A stretch of DNA of 64,000 bases from a virus. Location: IMG/VR virus record IMGVR_UViG_3300035211_000097, positions 31,703-95,702 of that record, one strand, 5' to 3'. Shown piece after piece: positions 21,221-30,856 of the stretch (position 1 is its first letter; every line of letters starts with the position of its first letter). The position numbers and the translations under genes were made by a program. A model generated the notes under the pieces. That model made no database searches. It was not told where the DNA came from and saw only the letters and a list, made by a program, of their open reading frames with translations.

Positions 21221-21604
21221 TTGACTAAGAAAGAAAAAGTACAGAGAGGGATTAAATGGATTGTTGCTATAATTATTATAGTAACTGTCGGGATTTTTGC
21301 GATAGTTGCTGGTATAAACATCGGAGGGCTTATTAATAAACTTCTGGATCGTAAGAAAGAAAAAAAGGCTTTCCTGTCTGTAGACGGAAAAGTTATTGGT
21401 TCTCCGGTGAAAATAATCGGTAGGAAAAATCCATTCAGGGACAAGTCACTGTTAAAAACATCAGACGGTGAATTCATAAAACTTCCCTCAGGAATGGAAG
21501 ATACTGATGTGGAAAACCTGATAAAAGTTAAAATAGAAATGAAGGATGGTGAGTATGCGGTCACTAAAAAGCACGATACTGTTACTGATATTTTTGATAA
21601 GTAG
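21221..21604 (+). CDS. Membrane protein with N-terminal TM helix (possible lysis accessory)
   Basis: TTG start after GGAGG; hydrophobic WIVAIIIIVTVGIFAIVAGINIGG. Confidence 0.55.
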   Translation: MTKKEKVQRGIKWIVAIIIIVTVGIFAIVAGINIGGLINKLLDRKKEKKAFLSVDGKVIGSPVKIIGRKNPFRDKSLLKTSDGEFIKLPSGMEDTDVENLIKVKIEMKDGEYAVTKKHDTVTDIFDK

Positions 21605-22031
21605 TCATGTAGTTTTTTCGGACGATCTTGAATATCCTACAGATGTCGAGGTTATGAAAATGATAGAGGAACATCCGGATTTGGTCGTTCCTATCGTTCA
21701 AAAGTGCTGGGTTCTGGAACATGCCACGCCGATTTTAATACTTCCAGATTTAATTTTTCTGGAAGTCAATGAAAACTTTAGTCAAGTTAATGGTAACTTT
21801 AGTCAAGGTAACACTAACTTTACTATAGTTATGTTTGAGGATAAACCGGCAACTTTAAAAATAGGAACTGAAGAGTTTAATTTGTTTTATGATATAGATT
21901 TAGATGTAGCTAAGGTTGTCTATACACAGCCTGAAGAAAGTTCTGATGGCATACCGATCTGGGCGGTAGTGGTAATTGGTGCCGGTTGTTTTGGTGTAGG
22001 TTTTTTCGTGGGGTACTTAGTATTCCACTGA
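21546..22031 (+). CDS. Exported protein with signal peptide and C-terminal TM anchor (possible spanin-like)
   Basis: N-terminal signal-like segment and C-terminal IPIWAVVVIGAGCFGVGFFVGYLVF. Confidence 0.5.
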   Translation: MVSMRSLKSTILLLIFLISSHVVFSDDLEYPTDVEVMKMIEEHPDLVVPIVQKCWVLEHATPILILPDLIFLEVNENFSQVNGNFSQGNTNFTIVMFEDKPATLKIGTEEFNLFYDIDLDVAKVVYTQPEESSDGIPIWAVVVIGAGCFGVGFFVGYLVFH

Positions 22032-22055
22032 GAAATTATAGTCTCTTTTATCCCT

Positions 22056-22096
22056 GCCGTGAGTGATGATCTGCCGTTACTCACGGCTCTTTTTTT
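22056..22096 (+). terminator. Intrinsic terminator ending the structural operon
   Basis: GCCGTGAGTGATG-loop-CGTTACTCACGGC followed by TCTTTTTTT. Confidence 0.85.
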
Positions 22097-22101
22097 GATG
22101 C

Positions 22102-22130
22102 TTGACAAAGATAAATAACTGTAGTAAAGT
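22102..22130 (+). promoter_or_regulatory. Sigma70-type promoter upstream of the phage sigma gene
   Basis: TTGACA-17 nt-TAAAGT. Confidence 0.6.
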
Positions 22131-22163
22131 TACTATAACATTAGTAAAATTAAAGGAAGGGAT

Positions 22164-22739
22164 ATGTTTGAAGAGATTTTAGGCAGAGAAAAAACACAAG
22201 CATTTATAGGATATTACGGTAGAAAAATATCAAAATGCTTCCCCGTTCTCTACACGTATGAAGACGGGAAACAAGAACTGACATTAGGATTATTGTCAGA
22301 GTTTGATCGTGGAGCCTTTAAAGGGCTGAGTGAATTACACATCCAGAATAAAGTACTTTCTGTGATTAAGTGGAAATTCATAGATTTGATCAGGTCTTCC
22401 AGAAAAGCTGGTATTCAGAAATATTTAAACGAAAACACTGAAACGATCGATGAGTTTCGGACAAGTTGTGATTATGATCGAAAGGTTTATCAGTATACGG
22501 ATGATTATGGAGTGACCAGATATCTTAGACGTAGCCAGCTGGATACTGCTTACGTAGAAGTGGCTGGCCGGTTTTTAAATTCCGAGTTGGCTTCTTTGAA
22601 AAATGCCGGTAAAATTTTGACGATGATTGCTGAAGGTTATCAACACTCTGAGATCGCAGATGAGCTTGGAGTGACAGCAATGTATGTCAGAAAACTGAGA
22701 AATGATCACGTAGTGCCAGCACTGCAAATGGAGTTATAA
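22164..22739 (+). CDS. Phage RNA polymerase sigma-like factor (ECF-sized)
   Basis: Region-2-like D..QEL.LGL and IKWKFIDLIR; region-4 HTH EGYQHSEIADELGVT. Confidence 0.7.
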   Translation: MFEEILGREKTQAFIGYYGRKISKCFPVLYTYEDGKQELTLGLLSEFDRGAFKGLSELHIQNKVLSVIKWKFIDLIRSSRKAGIQKYLNENTETIDEFRTSCDYDRKVYQYTDDYGVTRYLRRSQLDTAYVEVAGRFLNSELASLKNAGKILTMIAEGYQHSEIADELGVTAMYVRKLRNDHVVPALQMEL

Positions 22740-22740
22740 G

Positions 22741-23025
22741 ATGGCTGTAAGCTATGAGGAAAAGAAAAAATTTATTCTTGAATGTTATAATGAAAAACAC
22801 ATGACCCGGCCTGAGATTTGCGATGCCTTATCCGAACGTTTTGGGCTGAAGATAGGCACGGCATATCAGGCAGTATACCGGGTGCTTCATGGTGAAGAGT
22901 TTCAGGTTCCTGCTGGAAAACGTAGAGCAAGGGGTTCTGTTCCGGTAGATAAGCGGACATGGAACAATCGATACAGCAACAGGTCAAGTATTGATGATGA
23001 TGTGGACTTATCAGCTCTGTCATAG
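22741..23025 (+). CDS. Small HTH DNA-binding protein
   Basis: MTRPEICDALSERFGLKIGTAYQAVYR is HTH-like. Confidence 0.5.
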   Translation: MAVSYEEKKKFILECYNEKHMTRPEICDALSERFGLKIGTAYQAVYRVLHGEEFQVPAGKRRARGSVPVDKRTWNNRYSNRSSIDDDVDLSALS

Positions 23026-23036
23026 AATAAATTTAC

Positions 23037-23064
23037 TTGACAGGGACTGATACACCATGATAAT
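23037..23064 (+). promoter_or_regulatory. Possible sigma70 promoter upstream of replication genes
   Basis: TTGACA-16 nt-GATAAT. Confidence 0.4.
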
Positions 23065-23088
23065 TTATTCGAGCGTCTAAAAATAATT

Positions 23089-23916
23089 GTGGGGAAAATA
23101 TTGGGAAAATACGATTATACAACAGCGGTGTTGCTTGTCATGTGCCAACATGGATATGCTACACCATCAACGATGACTGTCTGGGCGTACTTGCAGCTGC
23201 TTGAAGGCAGTCACATAAAAATTGAAGATTTTAAATTACACACAGGGCTATCCAAGAAAGCTGTTAATGCAGCTTTGAAGGTTTTGATTGGTATTTCTGT
23301 GGTTAGTCGAGAGCGTGAGAGTGTGACCACGCCGTATGCTTATCGCCTACATCCGCTGAAAGCACCGAAAACCCTGAAGGTTCCTCAGGAGTCGGCACCG
23401 TTCTACTACTATACTAACATATTAGAATTTAACGATATTAATATATTAATACCTTGTAATGTTATTAATATTAATAACTTACACAGTATAGGTAGTAAGG
23501 GGGTTCCTCAGGAGTCTACAGGTAAACCACGAAGGGTAACTGTGAAAAGTATTCTTGCTGATTCTGACTGGAAAACTATTACTGATCTACTCAGTGAATA
23601 CTTTCCGAAACATAGTATACGGCCTACTGATTTGGTATACAGGAACCGCTGGAACAGACTGTGTATTTTGCTTTATGATGATAGTTTTAATTTACATACC
23701 TATGCCGAATGGTATCGGCAGGAAAAGTTTGATAGGTTGGGTCTACAGTGGGGATTATTTGTAAGTAAATCTATGTGTGAAGAGTTCATAGATGCGGAAG
23801 ACAGGTTTATTTCTAAGAAAAAACGTATCAGTAGTAAAATGCATACTACGAAAAAATGGGAGGGCAAAGAGGCTGACATTTCGTGGTTGGAAAAATTGGA
23901 GGATGTTGATGATTGA
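23089..23916 (+). CDS. Putative replication initiator (N-terminal wHTH)
   Basis: HTH (HTGLSKKAVNAALKVL), low-complexity AT-rich central region, directly upstream of DnaC- and DnaB-like genes. Confidence 0.6.
   Translation: MGKILGKYDYTTAVLLVMCQHGYATPSTMTVWAYLQLLEGSHIKIEDFKLHTGLSKKAVNAALKVLIGISVVSRERESVTTPYAYRLHPLKAPKTLKVPQESAPFYYYTNILEFNDINILIPCNVININNLHSIGSKGVPQESTGKPRRVTVKSILADSDWKTITDLLSEYFPKHSIRPTDLVYRNRWNRLCILLYDDSFNLHTYAEWYRQEKFDRLGLQWGLFVSKSMCEEFIDAEDRFISKKKRISSKMHTTKKWEGKEADISWLEKLEDVDD
23379..23516. repeat. Ori-like element: 15-bp direct repeats flanking AT-rich palindromes
   Basis: GGTTCCTCAGGAGTC at 23379 and 23502; perfect palindromes TATTAATATATTAATA (23436-23451) and GTTATTAATATTAATAAC (23461-23478). 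Confidence 0.6.
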
Positions 23917-24727
23917 GTTGAACGGTCGGCAAATGCGCAGACTGGAAACTATTAAAAAAACACTGGTAGGGTCTTGTGAAAACTGTGGGGGTAACGGTTA
24001 TCGGGAAGATGGTTCCATGTGTGATTGCATGATTATTTTTCAGTATATTTTAAATCTTGTGAAAGCTAATATTCCAGAAAATTACTGGGAGTTGTCATTA
24101 AAAACTTTGAAAGTTAAAGATGCTTATAAAAAGTTTGTCAGGTTTTTCATTAACAAACTGGACAATGCAGTATATCGAAGTTTGGGTGTTATTTTTCTGG
24201 GGCCGAATGGTGTAGGTAAAACCAGTATACTTTGTGAAATTGGAAAACGAGCTGTCGTGAGTGGTTATCAAGGGCAGGTGCTTTATCTGACAGTGCAGCA
24301 GTTCATGAATGCTCATTACGATAAACAGGAAAGTCGGGAAAATGAGCATTGTTCTCTGGACATGATTAACAATTCGACAATTTTGCTTTTGGATGAGCTG
24401 GACAAAGTTTATATCAAAAAAGAATCGGATTATGTTTTACGTACTTTGGAAGATTTTTTTAGAGAGTCTGTTGCCAGAGGCAGAGTCCTTGTCATGGCAA
24501 CTAATTGGACACTTGAGGATATCGGGGACAATTTTGGGGAATCGTTTGTGTCCTTGATAAATCGTAACTTACGTGTTATGGAATTTTTAGGGAGTGATTA
24601 CAGTATTCAGCGACAAAGTCAGTGGCTTCAGTTGCTGGAAAACGATGTTGATTTTTATGCAGATGATATTGTGAATATGGCTAATCGTTTGAATGACTTT
24701 AAGGATATTGAGGCAGTCAATGAGTAA
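23909..24727 (+). CDS. DnaC/IstB-like AAA+ helicase loader
   Basis: CxxC...CxC zinc motif, Walker A GPNGVGKT, Walker B LLLDELD, ATN. Confidence 0.85.
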   Translation: MIELNGRQMRRLETIKKTLVGSCENCGGNGYREDGSMCDCMIIFQYILNLVKANIPENYWELSLKTLKVKDAYKKFVRFFINKLDNAVYRSLGVIFLGPNGVGKTSILCEIGKRAVVSGYQGQVLYLTVQQFMNAHYDKQESRENEHCSLDMINNSTILLLDELDKVYIKKESDYVLRTLEDFFRESVARGRVLVMATNWTLEDIGDNFGESFVSLINRNLRVMEFLGSDYSIQRQSQWLQLLENDVDFYADDIVNMANRLNDFKDIEAVNE

Positions 24728-26174
24728 AGAAAATTTACAAGAAACAATTCAGAATAAAGCTGAAGAAAAATTCAGGAATTATTACATTGAAAATGAGATC
24801 GTTGCCTATATTGCTCGGAAGTCACCAAAGCAGGCCATGGCAGTTAATCCTGAGTGGTTTTCCACAGAGGTGTTTGTTCATGTGATTCGAGTGTTGAAGG
24901 AAAAGCGGACGTATATGTCTCAGGATTTGCTTACACTTGAAATCAAAGATTTAGGGATTACTGGGGATGAGTTTGAGGTTTTAAGTGAAACTTTGGATGA
25001 TGTATACAATCTTGATCTGGAAAAATATACGGATCAGACGTTCAAGGAATTGGTTACACAGCTGGTAAATATGTATGATTCTCGGAGAGTTTTTACAGCA
25101 ATGGCTGGTGTAGTCACGAAGATGAATTCATTCAGCTTGGAACGTGACCGGAAAAGTTTGGCAGAAGCGATTATTCCTACTGTCCTCAGAGACGAAAAGC
25201 ATGGTGGTTTTTATGTGGATGATTACGAGGAACGTGTCGAGATTATACAAGAACGGGCCAGACAACGAGTTGAGAATGATGTTGATCACATAGGAATTCC
25301 TTCTGGTATTAAACAATTTGATGCTGCTATTGGTGGGGTTATGTCTGGTGAGTTTATGGTGATTGGAGGTCGTACAGGTATAGGTAAGACGGCAGCCTTG
25401 ATACATCATGCGATTACTTCATGGAAATTTAAAAACAATACCTTGCTTGTTTCCGGGGAAATGACGAAGCATGCAATGGAATTCAGGATTGATTCAAATG
25501 TGACAGCAATTCCATCTACCCTTTTCAGATTATCAGAACTTGAACAAAACGATTATGCTCTTTGGGAAAATACTATGAGTAATTTACGTGATATGCATAA
25601 TGATAGTTTTTTGTATGTACGTAGTTATCCGAAAGGGTTTTCAGCTGAAGACATTGAGCGTGATATTCACTGGTTACAGGATGAGACTGGGGAAAAGGTT
25701 GATACGTTGTGTATGGATTATCTTAATATTATGAGACCGAGACGGGGCAGGGGCAAGACGCAGGAATGGTCTTCACAGGCTGAGGCTGTTTGGGATTTTA
25801 AGGAGTTGATTCTTGATTTTGATATGGCTGGATTTACAGCTAACCAGATCAAGGATGAGGCGTATAACAAGCGGTTTTTGGATTCCAGTGATATGAAATA
25901 TGCCAGAGCTATCTCAGAGGCAGCCCCGATTATTGTAGGCTTGACACAATGTGATGAAGACAGGCTTATGAATCGGATGGTGTATCAGCCGATAAAAACA
26001 CGAGAGGCTACACCGCCGAAGCCAATTTACTTAAATCCCCGAATGGATATTATGCGTATAAATAATGAGTTGATTCATTCTGTAAGTTCGTTGTCTGATA
26101 TAAAATCAGCAGTGGTTGATGTGGATAAGGAAAAAAGTAAAAAGAAAAAACGGAAGATTGTCAAGGAATTATGA
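24720..26174 (+). CDS. dnaB: DnaB-like replicative helicase
   Basis: GIPSG, Walker A GGRTGIGKT, SGEM, MDYL and ANQ motifs. Confidence 0.9.
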   Translation: MSKENLQETIQNKAEEKFRNYYIENEIVAYIARKSPKQAMAVNPEWFSTEVFVHVIRVLKEKRTYMSQDLLTLEIKDLGITGDEFEVLSETLDDVYNLDLEKYTDQTFKELVTQLVNMYDSRRVFTAMAGVVTKMNSFSLERDRKSLAEAIIPTVLRDEKHGGFYVDDYEERVEIIQERARQRVENDVDHIGIPSGIKQFDAAIGGVMSGEFMVIGGRTGIGKTAALIHHAITSWKFKNNTLLVSGEMTKHAMEFRIDSNVTAIPSTLFRLSELEQNDYALWENTMSNLRDMHNDSFLYVRSYPKGFSAEDIERDIHWLQDETGEKVDTLCMDYLNIMRPRRGRGKTQEWSSQAEAVWDFKELILDFDMAGFTANQIKDEAYNKRFLDSSDMKYARAISEAAPIIVGLTQCDEDRLMNRMVYQPIKTREATPPKPIYLNPRMDIMRINNELIHSVSSLSDIKSAVVDVDKEKSKKKKRKIVKEL

Positions 26175-27103
26175 TCGATTATATGTTACAGCTGGAAACA
26201 AGAGGTGTTGAGATCACACAGACCGGTGTTAATTATGCCATGATGTGCTGTCCTTTTCATGGGGAGTCAGAACCATCACTTTCACTGTCTCTTACGACAG
26301 GACGATATAATTGTTTTAGTTGTCACGAGAAAGGGGATTTTGCGAACCTTATAGCACAGATTGACGAGATTGATTTGCTTACTGCTTATGGTCGAGTGAA
26401 AAACATGATAAATCCTACTGGTGTGGTAAAACTTTTGGAGAAACAATTCTTTGAAGATGAATTGGAACAGAAAAAGAATGTAAGGTTTATCAAGTGGTCA
26501 TATTTTAAACAGAAATATGCCTCTGCTTTGGAATATGATGATGCCCGTGGTTATTTGTATAAGCGAGGGATCACAGAGCAGAGTATTCGGGATTACAGGA
26601 TACGTTTTTGTGATGCAGATACAGCATATTATAATCGGGTTATTATTCCTATTTTTCAAGAGAGGAAATTGGTTTCATGGGTGGGGCGTTTAATTTATGA
26701 CAGTCCTACTCGTTCAAAAACTCGGAAGACAGGGACTCCGTATTATACCTTATTTGGAATTCCACAATTAGGTTTAAAACTTGGTGAACGTTTAGATTAT
26801 TTGATACTTGTCGAGGGGGAATTCGATGCGATTTATTTGAGGCAGTTCGGTTTGAATGTTGTGGCTGTTATGGGTTCAGGTGAGTTAAATAAATATCGTT
26901 TAAGTCTTTTGAGAAAATTGACAAACAGGGTAGTGTTGGCTTTTGACGGAGATCAGGCAGGCCGGGACGGTATGTATAAAAATTATCAGAAAATTCGTAA
27001 GGTTTTGCCGGTAGAAAGATGTGTTTTACCGTGGGGAAAAGACCCTAATACTTTGAACACGGCAGAAGTAAACAATAATTTTTCAAAATATTTAGTAGCG
27101 TAA
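26171..27103 (+). CDS. dnaG: DnaG-type primase
   Basis: CHC2 zinc finger (CPFH...CFSC), RVIIPI, Toprim VEGEFD and FDGDQAG. Confidence 0.9.
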   Translation: MIDYMLQLETRGVEITQTGVNYAMMCCPFHGESEPSLSLSLTTGRYNCFSCHEKGDFANLIAQIDEIDLLTAYGRVKNMINPTGVVKLLEKQFFEDELEQKKNVRFIKWSYFKQKYASALEYDDARGYLYKRGITEQSIRDYRIRFCDADTAYYNRVIIPIFQERKLVSWVGRLIYDSPTRSKTRKTGTPYYTLFGIPQLGLKLGERLDYLILVEGEFDAIYLRQFGLNVVAVMGSGELNKYRLSLLRKLTNRVVLAFDGDQAGRDGMYKNYQKIRKVLPVERCVLPWGKDPNTLNTAEVNNNFSKYLVA

Positions 27104-27123
27104 TTTTGGTATTTGCCGTATAG
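27093..27123 (+). promoter_or_regulatory. Putative phage-sigma promoter, copy 1
   Basis: TAGTAGCG-N13-TGCCGTATAG, upstream of the tubulin gene. Confidence 0.65.
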
Positions 27124-27139
27124 GTAGATAGGAAACAGT

Positions 27140-28198
27140 ATGATTGATTTGATTGTAGGAATAGGTCAGGGCGGTTGCCGTCTGGCAAAAGAGTTTTCAC
27201 AGGGTTTGGATGCACAAGCTGTTTATTGTAATCTCACAAACACGGATTTTTCAAAATTGGACGTATCAAGAAAAGATAAATTTGTGATTGAGGTGGGTGG
27301 TACGGGTAAAGACCCGGAATATGGTGAACATATTGTCAGAAAACACATTGCTAATTATAAGAAGTTCTTGGGGAACTACGAAGCTGAAACGGTTATGGTT
27401 GTGGTCGGTGGTGGCGGTGGTTCTGGGGCCGGTTTTCTTCCGCATACATTGAAATATTTTACAGGAAGAAAACGGGTTATTCTGGTATTCATTTTACCTG
27501 AAGAAAATGAAGGGATTCCTACTAAGCCGAATGCTTTGAAAACATTGAACAAGGTTATTACTGAGTACAGGCAGAAAATAAGTATATGTTTGGTAGATAA
27601 TGAATATCTGGGTAAAGTTCATGGACATTCAGGATCAAATTCGTACTGGGAGTCAGTGAATCGGGCAATTGTGGGATCATTTAAAAAGATTTATTTACTT
27701 ACCAATTTGGAAAAGAATAAAAATTATATTGATGTTTCCAGTGGTTTTAAGGCTTTGGATGAAAAGGATGTCCAGAGGGTTCTGTTTACTGAGAATGGAT
27801 ATGTGGATATTCGGGAGCTGGTACTTCCTGCTACTCGATCAAAGGCAGGAGATTGTATCAAACGAGAATTTGGCAGGTCGAGCATGTTTATGCCTGATTT
27901 AGACAGTAGATCGGCAGGAAGGTGCTTTATCGCTCTGGGTATTCCCGGAGTATATAAAGATCACAAAGAGCATGTGATGAAATATGTCAGTGGCATATTT
28001 TCAGATATGTCTGCTGTGATCAGAACCCCGGACGTTGTCCGGTGTAACTATTATAATAACAAACTTGCAGAGATAAAACTTTTGGTAGGTATGGCTGGTA
28101 TTACTGCAAATTCCAGAATGAAAAAACTGGTAGCTTCAGTGAACCGTGACCTTGAGAAGATGGAAAGCTGTGAGGGGTTATCTGTAATAGATTTTTAA
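27140..28198 (+). CDS. Tubulin/FtsZ-family GTPase (PhuZ/TubZ-like)
   Basis: GIGQGGCRLA (T1), GGTGKD (T3), GGGGGSGAG signature (T4), VDN, and LDEKD (T7-like). Confidence 0.85.
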   Translation: MIDLIVGIGQGGCRLAKEFSQGLDAQAVYCNLTNTDFSKLDVSRKDKFVIEVGGTGKDPEYGEHIVRKHIANYKKFLGNYEAETVMVVVGGGGGSGAGFLPHTLKYFTGRKRVILVFILPEENEGIPTKPNALKTLNKVITEYRQKISICLVDNEYLGKVHGHSGSNSYWESVNRAIVGSFKKIYLLTNLEKNKNYIDVSSGFKALDEKDVQRVLFTENGYVDIRELVLPATRSKAGDCIKREFGRSSMFMPDLDSRSAGRCFIALGIPGVYKDHKEHVMKYVSGIFSDMSAVIRTPDVVRCNYYNNKLAEIKLLVGMAGITANSRMKKLVASVNRDLEKMESCEGLSVIDF

Positions 28199-28215
28199 GT
28201 GGAGGTTACTAAACG

Positions 28216-28719
28216 ATGAGTGACGAACAGACCAATGAAAAGCAGGAAACCAAAGTAATCCGGTTTACTCTTGCAGGTAAACGGTTCAGAGTTCGTATCG
28301 AAGGTGACTTGGAGCTTACCAGTAAAACCAATGCGGATTTGATAGATCAGTTAAATGTCATTCCGGGACGGCTGGCTTACTGGGGTGCAAAAAGAGCGCA
28401 GGTAGAGTCTGCCGTTGACAAGGCTATGCTTGCGTTTAATCAGTGGATGGCTTCTATGTACTTTAAAGTCAAAGATGCTCTGGTTAAAGAAGGCGAAAAG
28501 AAACCTACTGAAACGCTTATCGGCAATAAAATACTTGTCGATAACGTGGACAAACACATGGAATTGAAAGCGGATATTCGTGAACTGAACGAGTCACTTG
28601 CAATTATCAAAGGTGTGCTTAAGGCATATGAACAGCAGGTGTGGACATTACGTGCAATTGTACAGATGCGAACACATGAACTGGGTTCTATGTCGGACGG
28701 CAATCTCTCGCAGCTATAA
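28216..28719 (+). CDS. Helical recombination mediator (UvsY-like)
   Basis: All-helical/coiled-coil 167 aa next to SSB and RecA. Confidence 0.45.
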   Translation: MSDEQTNEKQETKVIRFTLAGKRFRVRIEGDLELTSKTNADLIDQLNVIPGRLAYWGAKRAQVESAVDKAMLAFNQWMASMYFKVKDALVKEGEKKPTETLIGNKILVDNVDKHMELKADIRELNESLAIIKGVLKAYEQQVWTLRAIVQMRTHELGSMSDGNLSQL

Positions 28720-28730
28720 GGAGTAGTTTT

Positions 28731-29822
28731 ATGCAGAGTTTAAGCAAAAAAGAAGACATTGACAGTACCCTATCGCTATTTGAGCAGCGTACTCAGAATG
28801 TCACAATTCCGAAAGAAAAAACCCCGTGGTATATTCTTTCTCCTGAATTTAAAACAGGATTCAGGCACTGGATTCAGTTGTCGAACGGGAACAAAATTCC
28901 TGTTCCGTGTAAGGGCGGTAATGATGGTAAAGGGTTTGCCCCGGATGTCTGTCCGTTCTGTAAAAAATCTCTGGAATATTACCAGAAAGCCAAAATGCTG
29001 TTACAGCGTGGCAGGGAAAAACAGTCTGAGAAATTGAAAGAGGCAGGGAATTCCATTCGGTCTACTTTTTCAGCACTTTTTCACGCTGTCAGAGGTGTTA
29101 AGGTTTTGGAAATGCAGACTACGAAAACCGGCAAAAAGAAGGTGCTGGTTCCCTACTTTGAAGATATTGATGAAGACGATGAAAACAGTGTCGAAGTAGG
29201 AATTCTGTCTCTTAGTCAGGCACAGTTTGAAAACTTTACTGGGATGATCGGCTCTGAAGAATATCCGTTTATCAAGTCAGGTGATGATCTGACAAACAGG
29301 GTAATCTGGACACAGAAGAAAAAGACATCCAAAAAGAAGAGGTTCCCGGAAGTTGTTTTCTCAGCAGCCAAGCATACATCAGAGAAACCTGATGTTGTGA
29401 TACCTGAAGAACAGCAGAACCTTGAAGACCAGTTTAATATTACAGATGAAGAATTTGAAAACATCTGGAAAGATTTTGCCGGTGACATCGGTGAAGAACT
29501 GGAAAAGCGTGATAAAAAACGCAGCAAAAAGAAACCGCCCGTAGAAGAAGTCGATGAAGACGATGATGATGATGACGAAGAAGCGGACGAGGAAGAAGTC
29601 GAAGTCGAGGACGATGATGATTACGAAGAAGAAGATGAAGACGATGACGACTACGAAGAAGCGGACGAGGATGACACTGATGATCTTCCAGATGATGCCT
29701 ACCTTGATGACGATGAGGACGATTTTGAAGATGACGACCCGGACGATCTGCCCCCGCCTCCGAAAAAGACAAAAGCAAAAACTGGAGGAAAAAAGGGCGG
29801 TAAAGGGAGTGCCAAGCTGTGA
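28731..29822 (+). CDS. Putative ssDNA-binding protein with long acidic tail
   Basis: His/Cys zinc-like motif (RHW...C...CPFC) as in gp32-like SSBs; ~70-residue Asp/Glu tract. Confidence 0.6.
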   Translation: MQSLSKKEDIDSTLSLFEQRTQNVTIPKEKTPWYILSPEFKTGFRHWIQLSNGNKIPVPCKGGNDGKGFAPDVCPFCKKSLEYYQKAKMLLQRGREKQSEKLKEAGNSIRSTFSALFHAVRGVKVLEMQTTKTGKKKVLVPYFEDIDEDDENSVEVGILSLSQAQFENFTGMIGSEEYPFIKSGDDLTNRVIWTQKKKTSKKKRFPEVVFSAAKHTSEKPDVVIPEEQQNLEDQFNITDEEFENIWKDFAGDIGEELEKRDKKRSKKKPPVEEVDEDDDDDDEEADEEEVEVEDDDDYEEEDEDDDDYEEADEDDTDDLPDDAYLDDDEDDFEDDDPDDLPPPPKKTKAKTGGKKGGKGSAKL

Positions 29823-30856
29823 GCAAAAAAGAGCAAGAATCTTTTTTAGCCGGGCTTAATAAAGCCATGGGTAACGATGAGGCATTTATGCGTCTCTCCA
29901 CCCGTGATAAAAAGATAGTTACCGGTCTAAGTACCGGTAGCTATCTGCTTAATTATAAAATGTCGGGTAACCCTTTTGTGGGGTGGCAATATGGAAGGAT
30001 TGCTGAAGTTTACGGCCCTGAACAGTCAGGTAAAACTACGCTGACACTGCATACAATCGCAGAGGCGCATAAGCTGGATGCAATGAAAGGGAATAAACAA
30101 GTGATAAATCCTGTTTTCATTGATGCAGAACACACACTCGATCCAGATTATGCTTCAGCTATTGGTGTAGACATGGACAGGCTTTATGTAATGCAACCAG
30201 ACAGCGGTGAGCAGGCATTGACTGGTGTGGAGAAAGCTATAGACACGGGAAGTAAGCTGATAGTGATTGACTCAGTGGCTTCTCTTACTCCACAGGCAGA
30301 GCTTGACGGGGATATGGGTGATTCTCATATGGGTTTACAGGCCCGGCTTATGGGTCAGGCTCTCAGGAAACTGGTAGGAAAAATCAGTAAAAATCAGGCT
30401 CTGGTTATTTTTATAAATCAGCTTAGGATGAAAATAGGGGTTATGTTTGGTAATCCAGAAACTACTCCGGGCGGTAAAGCTTTGAAGTTTTATTCTTCCT
30501 ACAGGCTGGATGTCCGGGCTGCCCGTGGTGATGCTATAAAAGGCAAACAAAGCCTATCAAATATAAAAGCGGACAAGGATGAAAATGAGATAGGTATAAA
30601 AACGAAAATAAAGATCGTTAAAAATAAATTGTACCCTCCGTATAAAAGAGCGTTGCTTCCTATTATTTACGGACGGGGTTTTGACAAGGAAAAAGACATT
30701 GTGAAATTTTTGGAGTTGTGTGGTTATCTTGATGACGGTTTTGAACTTCCATCTTTAGGTAAGACTTATCAGAAACCGATGTTTAAAAAGGTATTAAGCA
30801 AACCAGAAGTGCAGGGAGATGTCTTAGCATTTTTGAAAAGGGAGTTTGTAGAATGA
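29819..30856 (+). CDS. recA: RecA recombinase
   Basis: GPEQSGKTT, FIDAEH, QARLMGQALRK, FGNPETTPGGKALKFY. Confidence 0.97.
   Translation: MSKKEQESFLAGLNKAMGNDEAFMRLSTRDKKIVTGLSTGSYLLNYKMSGNPFVGWQYGRIAEVYGPEQSGKTTLTLHTIAEAHKLDAMKGNKQVINPVFIDAEHTLDPDYASAIGVDMDRLYVMQPDSGEQALTGVEKAIDTGSKLIVIDSVASLTPQAELDGDMGDSHMGLQARLMGQALRKLVGKISKNQALVIFINQLRMKIGVMFGNPETTPGGKALKFYSSYRLDVRAARGDAIKGKQSLSNIKADKDENEIGIKTKIKIVKNKLYPPYKRALLPIIYGRGFDKEKDIVKFLELCGYLDDGFELPSLGKTYQKPMFKKVLSKPEVQGDVLAFLKREFVE

Noticed and set aside
29540-29750. GAY/GAR-rich DNA as a tandem repeat element
   Set aside because: Explained by the Asp/Glu-rich protein tail.
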